Shown one piece after another: positions 25,701 to 37,797 of a stretch of 64,000 nucleotides of DNA (position 1 is its first letter; every line of letters begins with the position of its first letter). This DNA is from Ophelia neglecta (lineage: Eukaryota): positions 72,602,001 to 72,666,000 of the forward strand of contig OZ260663.1 of assembly GCA_965285935.1 (NCBI GenBank), given 5' to 3'. A model generated the notes under the pieces. It saw only the letters and a list, made by a program, of their open reading frames with translations, did no database searches and had not been told where the DNA came from. The position numbers and the translations under genes are program-made.

Positions 25701-27981
25701 CAAACATACCTCTCCGGCAGCGTGTAATGGACGTCTGTCGTGAATCTTTTCCCAGGATAGGGACATTTTATTTCCACTGAAGTTGCTTCACATGTTATAT
25801 CACTTGGTCTTATGTCACCATCTGGGCTCACAATGAGGAATGGAGCTTCATCTACTTCTGCAAGTATTGTACAACCCTTTTCAAAGAACACGCTTCCTGC
25901 TTGGAGCGAAGGTATTATTTTGCATGTCAAGGTCGCAACAGCATCTAACTCATGATGAGTTCCATAGTCAAGTAGCTTCTGAACATCTTCTGTAAATGGG
26001 GCTTTTGGTTTGCCATGCATCACGCTGTCGAAGTGTTCCTTCATGTCGTTCAATTTCCCTAATCCAAGTGCCGAGTATGCAGTGCTGCCTGAAATAGAAA
26101 TACATTCACCTTTTCAATTATTTAAGAAAATTGATCACACTCATTTTTGGCTGTTCCTCCTGCTATTGACAATACGAGGGGCAACAGGGGGAACAGTGAT
26201 TTGTCACTAACGGTGCCTCCTTGGTAAATATGACATCATATAAAGAAAACGAATGATTGGTCACTTTTATATAAGGGCAACAGTGACTACATACTGCAAA
26301 ATCATACACTATGTTTTCTGACCTGTAATTTTTGCTTTCTTTCGCAACTGGAACCAAGGTTGAGATCGTTGTTTTATGAGTTCAGGATCTGTCTGTGATT
26401 CGTCATTGGCAAGGCACACATAATTACCTTGGTGCAGCATACTGATAAAGCCCTTTCCTTCTTGGTAATTCTCATCATTTTGCATAATTGCTGCAGCATG
26501 CAAACACGTATCAATAGTGTCCATTGCTTGCTGCACACATGCATCTATTTGCGCAAGAGCTGTTCTCAAGGCGCTGATGATGTAACTGTATTTGGGGTTG
26601 TCTTTTTTACATTTCTCAGCTTCTGCCTTGTTCATGGACTCCCATTTGTCTAAGCACAAATTTTTTTTCACCTTAACCTCTCTCAGTTCCTTAACTCGGA
26701 CGCTTAATATATGGACAATTTGACGGCAGTCTTCAATCAATTTCTTGTTGTTGACTTCCTTAATGTCAATTCTTCCCATCTTGATTTCATAATCGCACTG
26801 TTCCATAACACATGATATCGATTTCGCTTCGATGTCTAGTCTTTCTTCTTTTTCTTGGAGAGTGGGCGGTCCTTCGTGGCCAAATAAATTTACCACTGCA
26901 TCTTTTCCTTTGGTGCAGGTATTTATTTTTTTACCTAAAATGTAATTGAATTATTATAAAATTAGATACTGATTGTTTAATAATACAATCATTAGGATGT
27001 CTACTATATTATATTATTTGTCGGGTACATACCATCAAAGCAAAGTTTGTGAGGTTTGGTCTTGTCCAGTAATCGAGACATAGGCTCCATAAAACCAGCT
27101 TCCATGTCTGCCATAAATGGTTCTTGTTCCAATACACCCTTGATGGGTACAGCAAAGTTTATTCGACTCTTTGAAGGGTCGAGGTGGTCTTCCGGTGAAG
27201 TGCCCTGACCAGTGTTTTTTTGACCACTCATAAAGAACAGGAATTTTCGTTTAAAAAGCTTGAAGCCTGCCCTCCAGAATGCCTTAACCTGTTCATCGTA
27301 TCTCATTTGTGAAGTTTTGTTCACACTAAAATAGTCAACAACATCCAAGAAAAGAAGGTAACTTATATTGTTCATCGGCAGCTTTCCTGAAGAAACAAGG
27401 TAGAATAGTTTATTCCATCGCATCAATTGCCCATGCTCTTTAAGTTTGTGTAGAACGTCGGGTAATAAACTCTGCATGCGATTTTCAACTGATTCAAATT
27501 CTTCCATGTCGTCCACTTCAGGATAATATTCAGTGTTATCAATAGGTGAACTATGCCCTTTTAGCTCATCTTCATTTGTAATATTCAAAACCGAAAAGCT
27601 TGCTTCAAGACAATCTTTCTCTGCGCTGCTGAACAAAGCCCTCTTAGCACTTACTGATGAATTGTCACATTTGCCTTTTTTCTGTGCAGGGCTTTTAGAT
27701 GGTGTTTGAACTGCCCTGAGCTGAATCTCGTCAGTAGAAATCACAATTTCATTGCCGCTTTGATGTTGGTGCAGAGGCACAATATTCGAACCGTTTACAG
27801 TTATAATTTTTGAAATCATGACACTCTGCCCCGTTTTAGGGTGAATCCCAAACTCGCGGATTTTCATGGGTTTTGTGCCATGACTCTCAATGAGATGTGA
27901 AGCTAGATCTTTGAAGGTTGTTGGCCCATGTGGACAATAGCCACAATAGTAAGCCCTGTTCATGTCTGGCAAAGGGTCCAT
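22783..27981 (-). CDS. P-element-like DDE transposase with inserted YqaJ (lambda exonuclease-like) domain, 1557 aa; exons 27981-27033, 26934-26323, 26088-23271, 23184-23047, 22939-22783
   Basis: Five ORF-track ORFs join in frame through GT-AG introns (phases 1,1,2,2; 4674 nt). Junctions read KLCFDG|KKIN, KAKITG|STAY, LDPNR|KFSL and IAVR|DHMF. Motifs: N-terminal CGYC..HLIESH finger; D316 (CFDG); YqaJ motifs QRSQPWFQLRK..ITGS, YGTHHE567, SPD610G, E626IK628CP, YVCQV; EVLLWVASD..LPVGY; SD855G; D1249FYH; D1300KQSPEFASALF; SLDGE1419HFFS. These match the P/THAP9 motif series FDEM, xDG, DxxH, KMxVxxAxxxFS, QDxLExxFS from memory. Confidence 0.85.
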
Positions 27982-28028
27982 ACCTATAAGAATATAAGTT
28001 TATTGTCAGAGTATTAGCAATATCTATA

Positions 28029-28033
<5 letters not shown>

Positions 28034-28074
<41 letters not shown>
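28034..28074. repeat. (AT)n microsatellite, about 20 units
   Basis: Directly visible. It lies between the right TIR and the transposase splice acceptor. Confidence 0.95.
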
Positions 28075-28078
<4 letters not shown>

Positions 28079-28138
28079 GTAGTTTTTAAACTGAAATACA
28101 AGCAGTCATACATTTATCAATGAAAATGAGTTTTATTG

Positions 28139-28759
28139 TGATTCTATGGAAACATGGCCTTAAATCAGTGACTTCTAGGCAAAGGTCGAACATTTGTACG
28201 TAAAAGATCGCAAAAGAACCACTTTCTAAGCCAGGAACTGAACAGCAACAATCACAGAAAGTGCGTTGCCTTACTTTTACGTTCCCTTTACTCGGCTAGT
28301 GCCCTTTATTACACTCGCCCCGTGCCCTTACATACACGCGCATCGAAAACTTATTTGAACGGCTAAGATAAAAAAAACCGCATCATTCTAAACTGAGCAG
28401 ATACCATGGACATGTTAACAGTTATCAGTAGCTACTGTCAATTAAGTTTCAGGTTCGAAAAGTGCACCAAGCCGACAGCAACGGGAACTTAAGGTGTTAT
28501 TTCTCCTAATATCGCCCACGCTTGATGTTGCTTGAGAATTGTTCACAAATAGCTATCTCGATAAATCAAACCAGTACACAGGATTGACAACGAATTTCCT
28601 AACTTTCGTTAAATGTATTACACAAAGACTGCCAAGCAATACATTGGTAGATAAAACAGATTCACTCACCTTGGGGTGTAAGGAAAATGATGCCGTCCAC
28701 GAGGCGCGCGTAATTGTTGGAGCTTTACCCTTACAAATTTCGCACGATGGGCTACCGTA
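28139..28759 (-). repeat. Right terminal inverted repeat (~621 bp)
   Basis: Reverse complement of 20380-21000. Confidence 0.95.
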
Positions 28760-31700
28760 TATATCGAAAAACAGTAAATGTTGAAGAAAGAGAATAAGGT
28801 GTAAGCGACAGTAGTCACATGAGGATAATGTATCGAGATATAATACTAAGATATAATGCTATGACATAGTCTGAGCTACAAAATGATCAAGTCTGTAGTT
28901 CATTTCTGGCCAGTACATTTTAGCATCATTCTAAATGACTACGCCGTTCAACCGTGTGGAGGGTTCCAAAAGTTGGTCATTGTAATTGAGTGCCTTACTG
29001 TCATGCAGTCGGCACAGTTCAGTAGCCAGAGTTGGGGAGCATGCCGCGGCTTCGAATAATTTTTTATGAGCTGCAGTTCTCTATTTCAGCTGTTAAATGA
29101 TTCTCATAATAACCATGTATTGGTGAAGTATGATTTAGCGCACAAATGACTTACATAACTTATTTAGCAAACTAGGACTAGGAATCAAGTAAACACTGCA
29201 CGAACGAGACATGTTATCCTTCGGGAAACAACACCGTTAATACATTCTTAATGTCAGCCCTTCTTACAATGCCGAGTTGAACAAACAAGCGCAATTGTTC
29301 TTCTTTCAGGTAGCAAAGCATATAATAATGTAACCTATATAACCAAAATGTCAGCGTCCTTTCTGAAGAAATATAGATGATACATTTTGCGCAATATCGA
29401 TATAAACCGTTACGATATACGACTTTGTTCAAACAACTGTGAAAGGCATTATTTCGGAAAATATCAGTTTCCTTGCTACCAATAAAAATAGAAGTTCTGG
29501 GCTGGTTTGGACCTGCCTAGAGTAAACTTACCAGACAACCAAAGATGTACAAGGGCCCGTATAAACAACGATTCATTGCAGGGTCTAAACAGTACAAGCT
29601 CTACAGGGTGTTATGGAGTGTTAGAAAAAGTATTGTGTCCAGATTTTCGTTACTCGGACTCAAAGCCTATCTAGATGTAAATTCTCAGATCTTGATGTCA
29701 TGGGTTCAATGAATTATCGGTCTGTTTCTATCTGAGACTTATCTATGTTCATTGTTGTAAACAACACTTCATCCTGCTACTTTAAAATTAAGACTAAAAT
29801 ATCTCGTCAAACACTGTTCTTAGAATGGAATGTCGATTAATATATTATGTAAATGGCACGTAAGCAGAGCTCGTTTAACACAACAGACGCATGTATGTGT
29901 TAAGTCACAACAAAAGAAACGTGTCTTGTTCACTTTACAGAATTAACATCACTTTATTGCAACGCAGAGGATAAGTTACAACTGATCTTACTCTCAATGT
30001 GGGTGTTTGTAAGTGATAAACCTGCATTACTTTGCACACGGCCACGTCTAAAAGATATGTGCAAGACAGCTAATGGGCGAGGTATCAAAAAGTCACCTCA
30101 TCGAGGCCAGACGCTTGGAAGGAGTGTCCTAGGAAGTTCTGAGCCGCCTGGTGCTAAATGGACCGTACAATCAGCTCCCTCTTTAGACAACAAAGAGCCT
30201 TTACATCTTGAGTTAGTAATGTTTTATTGTATTTATAGAGACGAGTTCGTCTGTAGTCTCACACTTGGGTATATTTCGCCTTCGAAATTCCCACGTGACC
30301 AATGACTCGATTGTTTGGTTTGATATCATCGATAACTATGGACTACTTCTCACTGCCAGTGATGTCAGATTTACCTTTTATTCATTCAACTTCATATCAT
30401 ACACATAACTAGTATCATGAAGTGTGTGTTTTGACAATTGGTTTTATTTTGGTTCTCGAGCTAGCCATTGTGTTTCGTATGTCCACTATTAAGCGTTTTA
30501 TGGTAATTGTGGGGCCGAAAGTCCATCTCCAAACTCGCTAAACTTTCCTTTTCGACATTAAATGTTTGACACAGATTTTATTATTATATTTTTTTGCAAA
30601 AGTATGTTGCTTATTAGATACAGAATAAATGCAGATAGTCAAAAATAACCATTGGTGGTTAATTAACCATGTAAATTTCTTTCTATACTCGCAGAATAAA
30701 AAATAACTCTCTGCAAGGTGTCTTACTAACCACACTGGGAATTGGTGTGAAGTTCTTGAAGTATTTTACGAAAAAAAATTGCCACGGCATTGCGTCACAA
30801 GAGGTAATCCTCTCCTAGTCACCAGTCAAATTAGCAGCATTCCAGCTGCGTTATGTTTGAGTGAGCAATGCAAAAAGGCATATATATTCGCGGAGCAATA
30901 TTACTTTGATGTGAATCCCGTAATCCTCGCCTCTCGCTGGGACACCTTAGCCACAGTGACTTCCCATCAGTGATAGTAGATCACAGACGTATGATTAAAC
31001 CAAACGTTCGCCAAAAAGTTGCACCTGGCGAAAATTACTCGGTAATCGTTTACTCGCAGACCAGAGTTGTTGACCTTGTTTTATTTCCGATAGGGTCGGA
31101 TAAGGAGGATGGCAGATGCTTAAACAGGCCTGCTCTTTTGATTTCTGGATTTCATTTCTTCCATGTTGGTGTCAGCCTCACAAAGTCTGTAAATTATTGG
31201 GCAAGTCGCTAGGGTCAAGTCTTAGGCATAAAAAGGCAGATAAGTTATTGGCAAAGAGTACCTCTAATTTGCTTTATTGCACAAAAACTGTACAACTTTA
31301 ATTCGTTGGTATCCGCAACCTCGCTTTATATATTTACTCCGCCGTAGAGGGTTTTCCCTGTACATGTATACAGATTTACACTGATTTATCCCAGTCTGGT
31401 TCAACTTTTATTGTCACTTTTGATTTATTTGCCAAGCGCTATGTTCGAGCTAAACATAAGTAGTTATTGGCAAGTGTGTGAAATCCTATCTACACTGAAA
31501 TCCATCGGCGATGAAGGGGGCCGTGCCATCAGAGTGGGTATTTATTGCGCCTTCCGGGAATCAAAGACGTCCCTCACCTAAGCTTTTCTGAGTCATTTTA
31601 CTGGCGTGCTTCTAGGTATTTGACCTGATAGATAGTGCCAAACTGTGCCCTTGAACAACACAGCATCCACTGTAACTTATGCTTTTAATTCCCAAAACCT

Positions 31701-33729
31701 CAAGCTGTTTGTAACGTTAGTCAACATACTTGTCGTCGTGTTTCCAACACATTTCTAACACAACTGAAAACATTTACGAACATAAATCGGCAAATAGAAG
31801 AATAAATATTTCTGTTGAAGCACTGAGGGAGGCTGAATACTATGAAAAGCCGACGCCCAAATATCGTTTCATTTGTTAGGCTTGAACATCATTATAATTG
31901 TAAAATGATGCATTGAGACACACCCGGGCCTTTGTTTTTTGTGTGTATCTACTAATATGTGATACGTTATGCCATAATTACCTAGTAAATTGTAATGCGA
32001 TTGCGGTCCAGGCTTATCATCTTATTACAATGTACTGTCCTTTTTATTTCTCCAAACATTTTCACAGTAAAACACTGTAAGAGACAAATGTCCACTTCTC
32101 CGATAAATTCCAAGGCCATAAAAACAATTACACAGGCCCACGAGAGAATACCACGTCTGTTTCATATTTCGGATAAGCAGATTTCACCCAAATTTGATGC
32201 GATCTTATCGAGCCGGTGGCAACAAAATCTCAGTCGACATCAACGTTAATAGATCTCCGATAATTGGAAACTGGTTTAACTTTGTCTTGTGGGTTCTTAG
32301 ATTTCGCCCTGCGGCCTTATGGGGGTCGAATATCGTATATGTTTCCATCTCTCTGCTCCTCTCGGTCGAGGTCTAGAAACCCTTATTCATAAACGTGAAT
32401 TCAAGGCATTCTGTATCTTATCTGTCACTTATTTCATCATAAAAATATTTACATATCTTTATTTCGGGTCATGGTGAGTCAAGATTTATCCGGAGAAGTT
32501 TTTTTTTTCAATTCAGTGTCAGTAAGTATATATAGTATCCAGCACTTTGCTTGCCTTAGTGTGATTACCATGTATTCTACAGAATAAAATATCTGACTTG
32601 AAGATTAATTCACCGAAAAAAAATTCAATATTGTAGAATTATCATTCTTAAGTTTTTTTTTATTATCACATTAAGGTTGAGATCTAGAGTTTAATATAAA
32701 TACATAATCTCATTTCAATTTTCACAGCAGTGCTAGTAAGCAGGACTTTTACATGCACGACTAAACTATGCGACAAAGAGTACCATACTCATGGCAAAGT
32801 AAAAGCGAAAAATGTCCGAAAAAACCTTGACCTTTATTTGATGTAAAACAGATTTTTCTAGCTCACGAGGAACTTCGATGCAGAATTTGAATAATAACCC
32901 CTTCATGTTCGGCTTTATTCGTGGCCCGTTGAAAAAAAATTCTGGTGATTTAACAGTTTAACTTTATAAAAAGCAAAGTTAATAACTAAATTCACATGCA
33001 ACCCTACATAGTTCGCTTATAGCAGTGTACCCCCCCACCCCCTCACCGTTCCTCCCTTCAGTATATAAAATATGGGCAACTCCCACCAACTCCCTCCCAA
33101 CCGCAGACCTCTCCTCACTTAACCAATAATCAAACCCAAGTAACACTTCAAAATTCAAAAGTGCTGACAAAGTTATTTGTCCGCCCATCGAACGCTGAAA
33201 GGAAACACGTGACCACGAGACCTCTTACGAGGAAAAAACGTGGTCTCGTCATTCCTGAAACATCACACCATGACCTCAACACGACCACGATATCTTATAT
33301 GCGGAGCAGACGGGAACATTAGTGTCTGGTTAAATAGCAGTGTTGAAGGTTTGACTTGTTAGAGTTGCTATATTTTAACAAAATGAAAATAAAATAGAGC
33401 TTAGGCCACGAGGCACGTACGTATATTGATTTTAGCTATCTGCTGTCTCTTTTACAAATGTGTAGCACACACACATACGCACACACATACACATACATAT
33501 AGCCCCTATTTAAGACACTAATGATAACCAAAATGTCAATAAGTGAGCTTATATAATGTTAGGGGCAATCTGCCAAAAGCCGGGCAGTTATTGGATTGCA
33601 TTATCTAGATAACATGACTTTAATTATACATTTTTACTATAAATCTATCAGGCGAGTGTCTAATAGAGAAATCAGGAGGTAATTGGCTGAATAATAATAG
33701 CAGACGCGAGTTACCAGTGGCTAGCTGGC

Positions 33730-33919
33730 CACGTGGTTCTTGTTAGAGGTTTGACAGGCAGCCGACCTTGGTTGGCTAAAAGGATACTTGGCACCAGACT
33801 GTAACTAATTAAGCTAAACAAATGGCCACTGATTGAGCCTGAGACGTTGCTTATATTTCGGGCTACGAAATATTTGTAAACAGCAGAGCGGCGCCTGCTC
33901 TGTAGGAGGTTGTGTGGAC
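33730..33919 (+). repeat. Old dispersed repeat, with further copies at about 17943-18069 and 45271-45402
   Basis: GAAATATTTGTAAACAGC is identical at 18017 and 33867. ACGTGGTTCTTGTTAG is identical at 33731 and 45271. All three copies share a collinear AAACA(A)ATG..CA.T..TTG..(C/T)CT.AG block. Confidence 0.6.
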
Positions 33920-36900
33920 AGTGGCTGAGTTCTCTGAATACATCCCCACACAACCCTGGAGAATCTGCAACTTTCGATGAACAACATATATTATGGCGTT
34001 AAAGGCTTAATAAATAGTAGAGGAAAGGATTTAGCAAAAATACAAGTAGGGTTTTGTTGACAGCATTACGGGGGCAATATTGATAAATAAGGAATGGGCA
34101 GACGATATGTTTTTGGCAATAATAGACCATTGTATTGAAATAAAAATATAAAAAATTGCTTTTATCATATACATGACATTTAATTTGTTACCGGCAGGCC
34201 CTGATTTATGACGGCACATTATTACACCCCAGCATACAGACCTTTAACATCTGTGCTATCCTAACTCCTTCGGTATAACAGAAAACACGGAGGCGGCCTT
34301 GGCATCCAAAACTTACAATTCTTTCAATGAAGCCCTTCTTGCCGCCAATTACCCACTCATCTGTTGAGTGGAGAGAGATTCGCGTCAAGGTCTCTTGGAA
34401 GAGGTTATTATGCCTACCCGGGAAGCCAACCCCCGGGTAAGTCATACATTCATAGTACCAAAAATAGCATTAAATCATTTGCAGTATTCATTTGGGAATT
34501 ACTTCTATCTTCTATATATAAGCACCTTTTATTACACAACGTGTAGACTTGTTTCATGAAACCCTCTTGCAAGTGTTCCTTTGAAGTGTAGCGACTCAAA
34601 TAGCGGAAGCAACGTCCAAACGTCCTTATCCGCACAAAGCCACATCATACATGTTCAAATAAATTGCAGAATGCAGCGGCTAATGGAGTTGGTAGCATAT
34701 ATAATGAAAAGAAGAAACAGTGTCAGGCCAAGAAAACTCCTTGGGGGACACCATCAAAGCTCATTTTAACAGACTATAATTTTCCATTAGATACAACAGA
34801 GTGTCTTCTGTTGCATAAAGTGCAAAAGTTAGTGGAATATTTCTAATGTCGTAAGACTGGGTTGAGTTAGAAAAGGACCTTGCATGTGTCGGACAAATAT
34901 TAACAAAGAAATTATTAAAGCTAACCGGAATCGTTCATTTTTAATTTTCAAGTTGCTGATTTTAAGTGCCAGACTCTTTTAGTGCGATATTTAATTGAAA
35001 AAACATGCCTTTATTATGGGCTGAGAGTCAGATTAGATCAATGACATTTAAAAAGCAACTATTCTTGCTTAATGAACGAATACTGTGTTCCATCCCTGTT
35101 ATATAAAGGGGTAGATTTGGTGTGTCAGATAAAAATAAACACTACTAAAATGTGGTGCCTTTACACACACCAACTGTATGTCATTATTATAACTCATTGT
35201 TTTTAATGTACCTCATTAGTGGATTCATAATCAAGTTTTGGAGTCCAGTCCCTAATGCTCCTGTAAGTTCATTTTAATGTGTTGACCGTTAAAATGCCTA
35301 TTTACCAGTCAGGAGTAGTTAACATTTCGAATTGCATTGAATTGAATTGAAATCCATGGCCAGGACTAATGGGAGGACACATCGAGATAAATATGGTTCT
35401 GCTTTAATACTCTTACCTTCTGGTTGATTAGCAACTTGGCAAAAGATTATTTTAAACATATACTGTGTATGATAATGCTTTCGGTGTCGGCAAGTCTGGA
35501 AAATGCTATCATTTCGACCTGTGCTCTCGATGGCATCATTTCGAGTGTCCCCTCCTCCTCATGACTTATCTACGTCATAGCACTAGGCGGGCCGTAAAGT
35601 TTTATGAGAAGGCAAAAGTCAAATAGCTACCACTGACAGACGAGGCGTAGACCTTTGGCAGACCCCATAAAAAAATTACCAAGGTGTCAGCAGAACGCTC
35701 AAAGTATCATCACCCTGGTTGATAGGGAGAGTTGGCAATGACAAACATATACAAGCTGCTTTGCTCTGATCCATGTATGTAGTTATAGTGATCACGACAT
35801 GGTGTCTCCCGAGCAGAGTCATAGATACACAACTCCACCCTTGCTCAATATTATATTTCACTTGGCAAAGTCCAATGGTGTCTCATAAAAACTACATGCA
35901 CTTTTCGATTATTTTCTCCAATATTTCGGGAGAGATTAGACACTCTTGCATATGCATCACCTACATTATATTTGCCAATGAGTGGTTTATGTATAATATG
36001 CGCGTCCCCCTTCTTAGAAGAACAATATGGTCATTTCATGACATAATACTCATATTATAATATTAGCGTTGAGAGACGATTTGAGTTTCATAAAGTTTCT
36101 GTCAGACACGATCATTTAGCTGATTAATACTTAAACTAACCAGGCCATTTGACGTCGCTACTACGCTATAGGAAAACGCTTCACGTAATCTCTCCCTCTT
36201 TGAGGGGCAGTGACTTGGAGCTAGCTGAATCTAGAGGTGAAGTTCTGGAAGGATGAAGACTCATGTCAAAGTAAATACCAATATGTGGGTTTTGCACACG
36301 TCCTTGTTTTAGAATTTAGTGTGAGACAATAATGTGTGCAAATAATATATTTGTGTCCGTTCATAACATGAATAAATTACCATGCTTTATATGAGAATGC
36401 AGCATATTTAAGCATCTAAGAAATCATGATAGTACATGTGTAAGATGCAGTGAATGTTTTACTAATTTCAAATGAGTTCTTGCGTCAGTGATTTTCTTTA
36501 AACCAGTGTTAACTTACACAAATCTTATGATTCAGAATAAGACTTGAGGGGTCTGAGTGTTGCTCGTTTTGCATATACATGGTTTCAAAAAATAACTATC
36601 ACCTTCTAATCTCTTATCATCGAAAGATGAAAGATGACATGGGTAACAAAATTCCCACACAACATCTCTGATATGATTACATTACCGAGTGATGACAGGA
36701 TGATTAGTTATGGATTGTGATCCTGAGAGATAACACGAGACCGACCGACCTCATACGTGGAAACACTATATTTCATTCCCGCGAGGAGAATTCGAGGGCT
36801 CCCTTGCTGCCAGCCGTCTATATTTTATCCAGGATAGGTTCATATCCGGGCTATGAGCTGGTTGTAGATTGGTCTTAATTAACACCAACGATCGAGATGC

Positions 36901-37314
36901 TTGTAGATAAAGAAATCAAAAAACATTTCCGCTTTTTGTCCCGAAAGCAGAAACATTAGTCATTTGTCCAGATAGCGAAAAGCAGCGGGTTTTAAACTAG
37001 GCATTGTCGGTGAATAGGGTCAGTTACAAGCTTAACTTCTCTCTTTATTTAGTATTAAATATGGGTAGCACTGATATGGGTAAGGTAAAAGTTCCTAATC
37101 CACAGTGTCGGTGAATTAACGTTAATTACTAAGGCGTTAATTGGCCTCAAGAGGATGTACGATTGGAGGGGAGTGTCTGTGTGCGGGGAAGGGGGGGGGG
37201 GCAACTTTAACTTGAAACTTGGAAGTTTTGTGTCTTTCCTAAAAGGGTGGGGAGGTGCTCATTGCAATGCGGTTCGGGGTGTTGAGGGCGAAGGGGGGTT
37301 GACGAATGTTGTGG

Positions 37315-37797
37315 GCCGGGGGAAGGTGTACATTGGAATGCAGTTGAAGGGTGCTGGAGAGGGTGTACACTGGAATACAGTTGGGTAATATTGAGGGCGG
37401 TGGAGAGGGTGTACATAGGTATGTGATTGGGGGATGTTGATTGCGGCGGGGAGGGTGTACATTGGAAAGAAGTTGAAGGATGTTGAGTGCGGCGGGGAGG
37501 TGTACATTTGAATGAATTGTTGGATGTTGAGTGCGGCGGGGAGGTGTACACTGGAATGAAGTTGAAGGATGTTGAGTGCGGCGGGGAGGTGTACATTGGA
37601 ATGAAGTTGAAGGATGTTGAGTGCGGCGGGGAGTTGTACATTGGAATGAAATTGAGGGATGTTGAATGCGGCGGGGAGGTGTACATTGGAATGAATTGTT
37701 GGATGTTGAGTGCGGCGGGGAGGTGTACATTGGAATAAAGTTGAGGGATGTTAAGTGCGGCGGGGAGGTGTACATTGGAATACAGTTGAGGGATGTA
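37315..37797. repeat. 45-bp G-rich minisatellite (about 11 units)
   Basis: Unit GGATGTTGAGTGCGGCGGGGAGGTGTACATTGGAATGAAGTTGAA. It explains the 15-aa periodic ORFs in the track. Confidence 0.92.

Larger units (their letters stand above)
20380..28759. mobile_element. Autonomous-looking long-TIR DNA transposon (P-like DDE transposase with nested YqaJ nuclease, plus a convergent C2H2 zinc-finger gene)
   Basis: The left end TACGGTAGCCCATCGTGCGAAATTTGTAAGGG (20380) is the reverse complement of the right end ...CCCTTACAAATTTCGCACGATGGGCTACCGTA (28759). TATAT flanks both ends (20375-20379 and 28760-28764). Two convergent genes lie inside. Confidence 0.93.

Noticed and set aside
22588-26653. Plus-strand ORFs (e.g. 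22588-22962, 23604-23897, 23997-24464, 26429-26653)
   Set aside because: Antisense shadows of the transposase exons, with no motifs.
20380-28759. ProtoRAG/Transib interpretation (possible 5-bp TSD, tail-to-tail genes)
   Set aside because: There are no CAC heptamer-like ends, no RAG1 core motifs and no RAG2 kelch/PHD gene. The second gene is C2H2-only.
20380-28759. Kolobok, ISL2EU, Polinton or endogenous virus interpretation of the YqaJ domain
   Set aside because: There is no TTAA TSD, no Harbinger-type DDE motifs and no polB, integrase or capsid genes. The YqaJ domain lies within a spliced P-like ORF.
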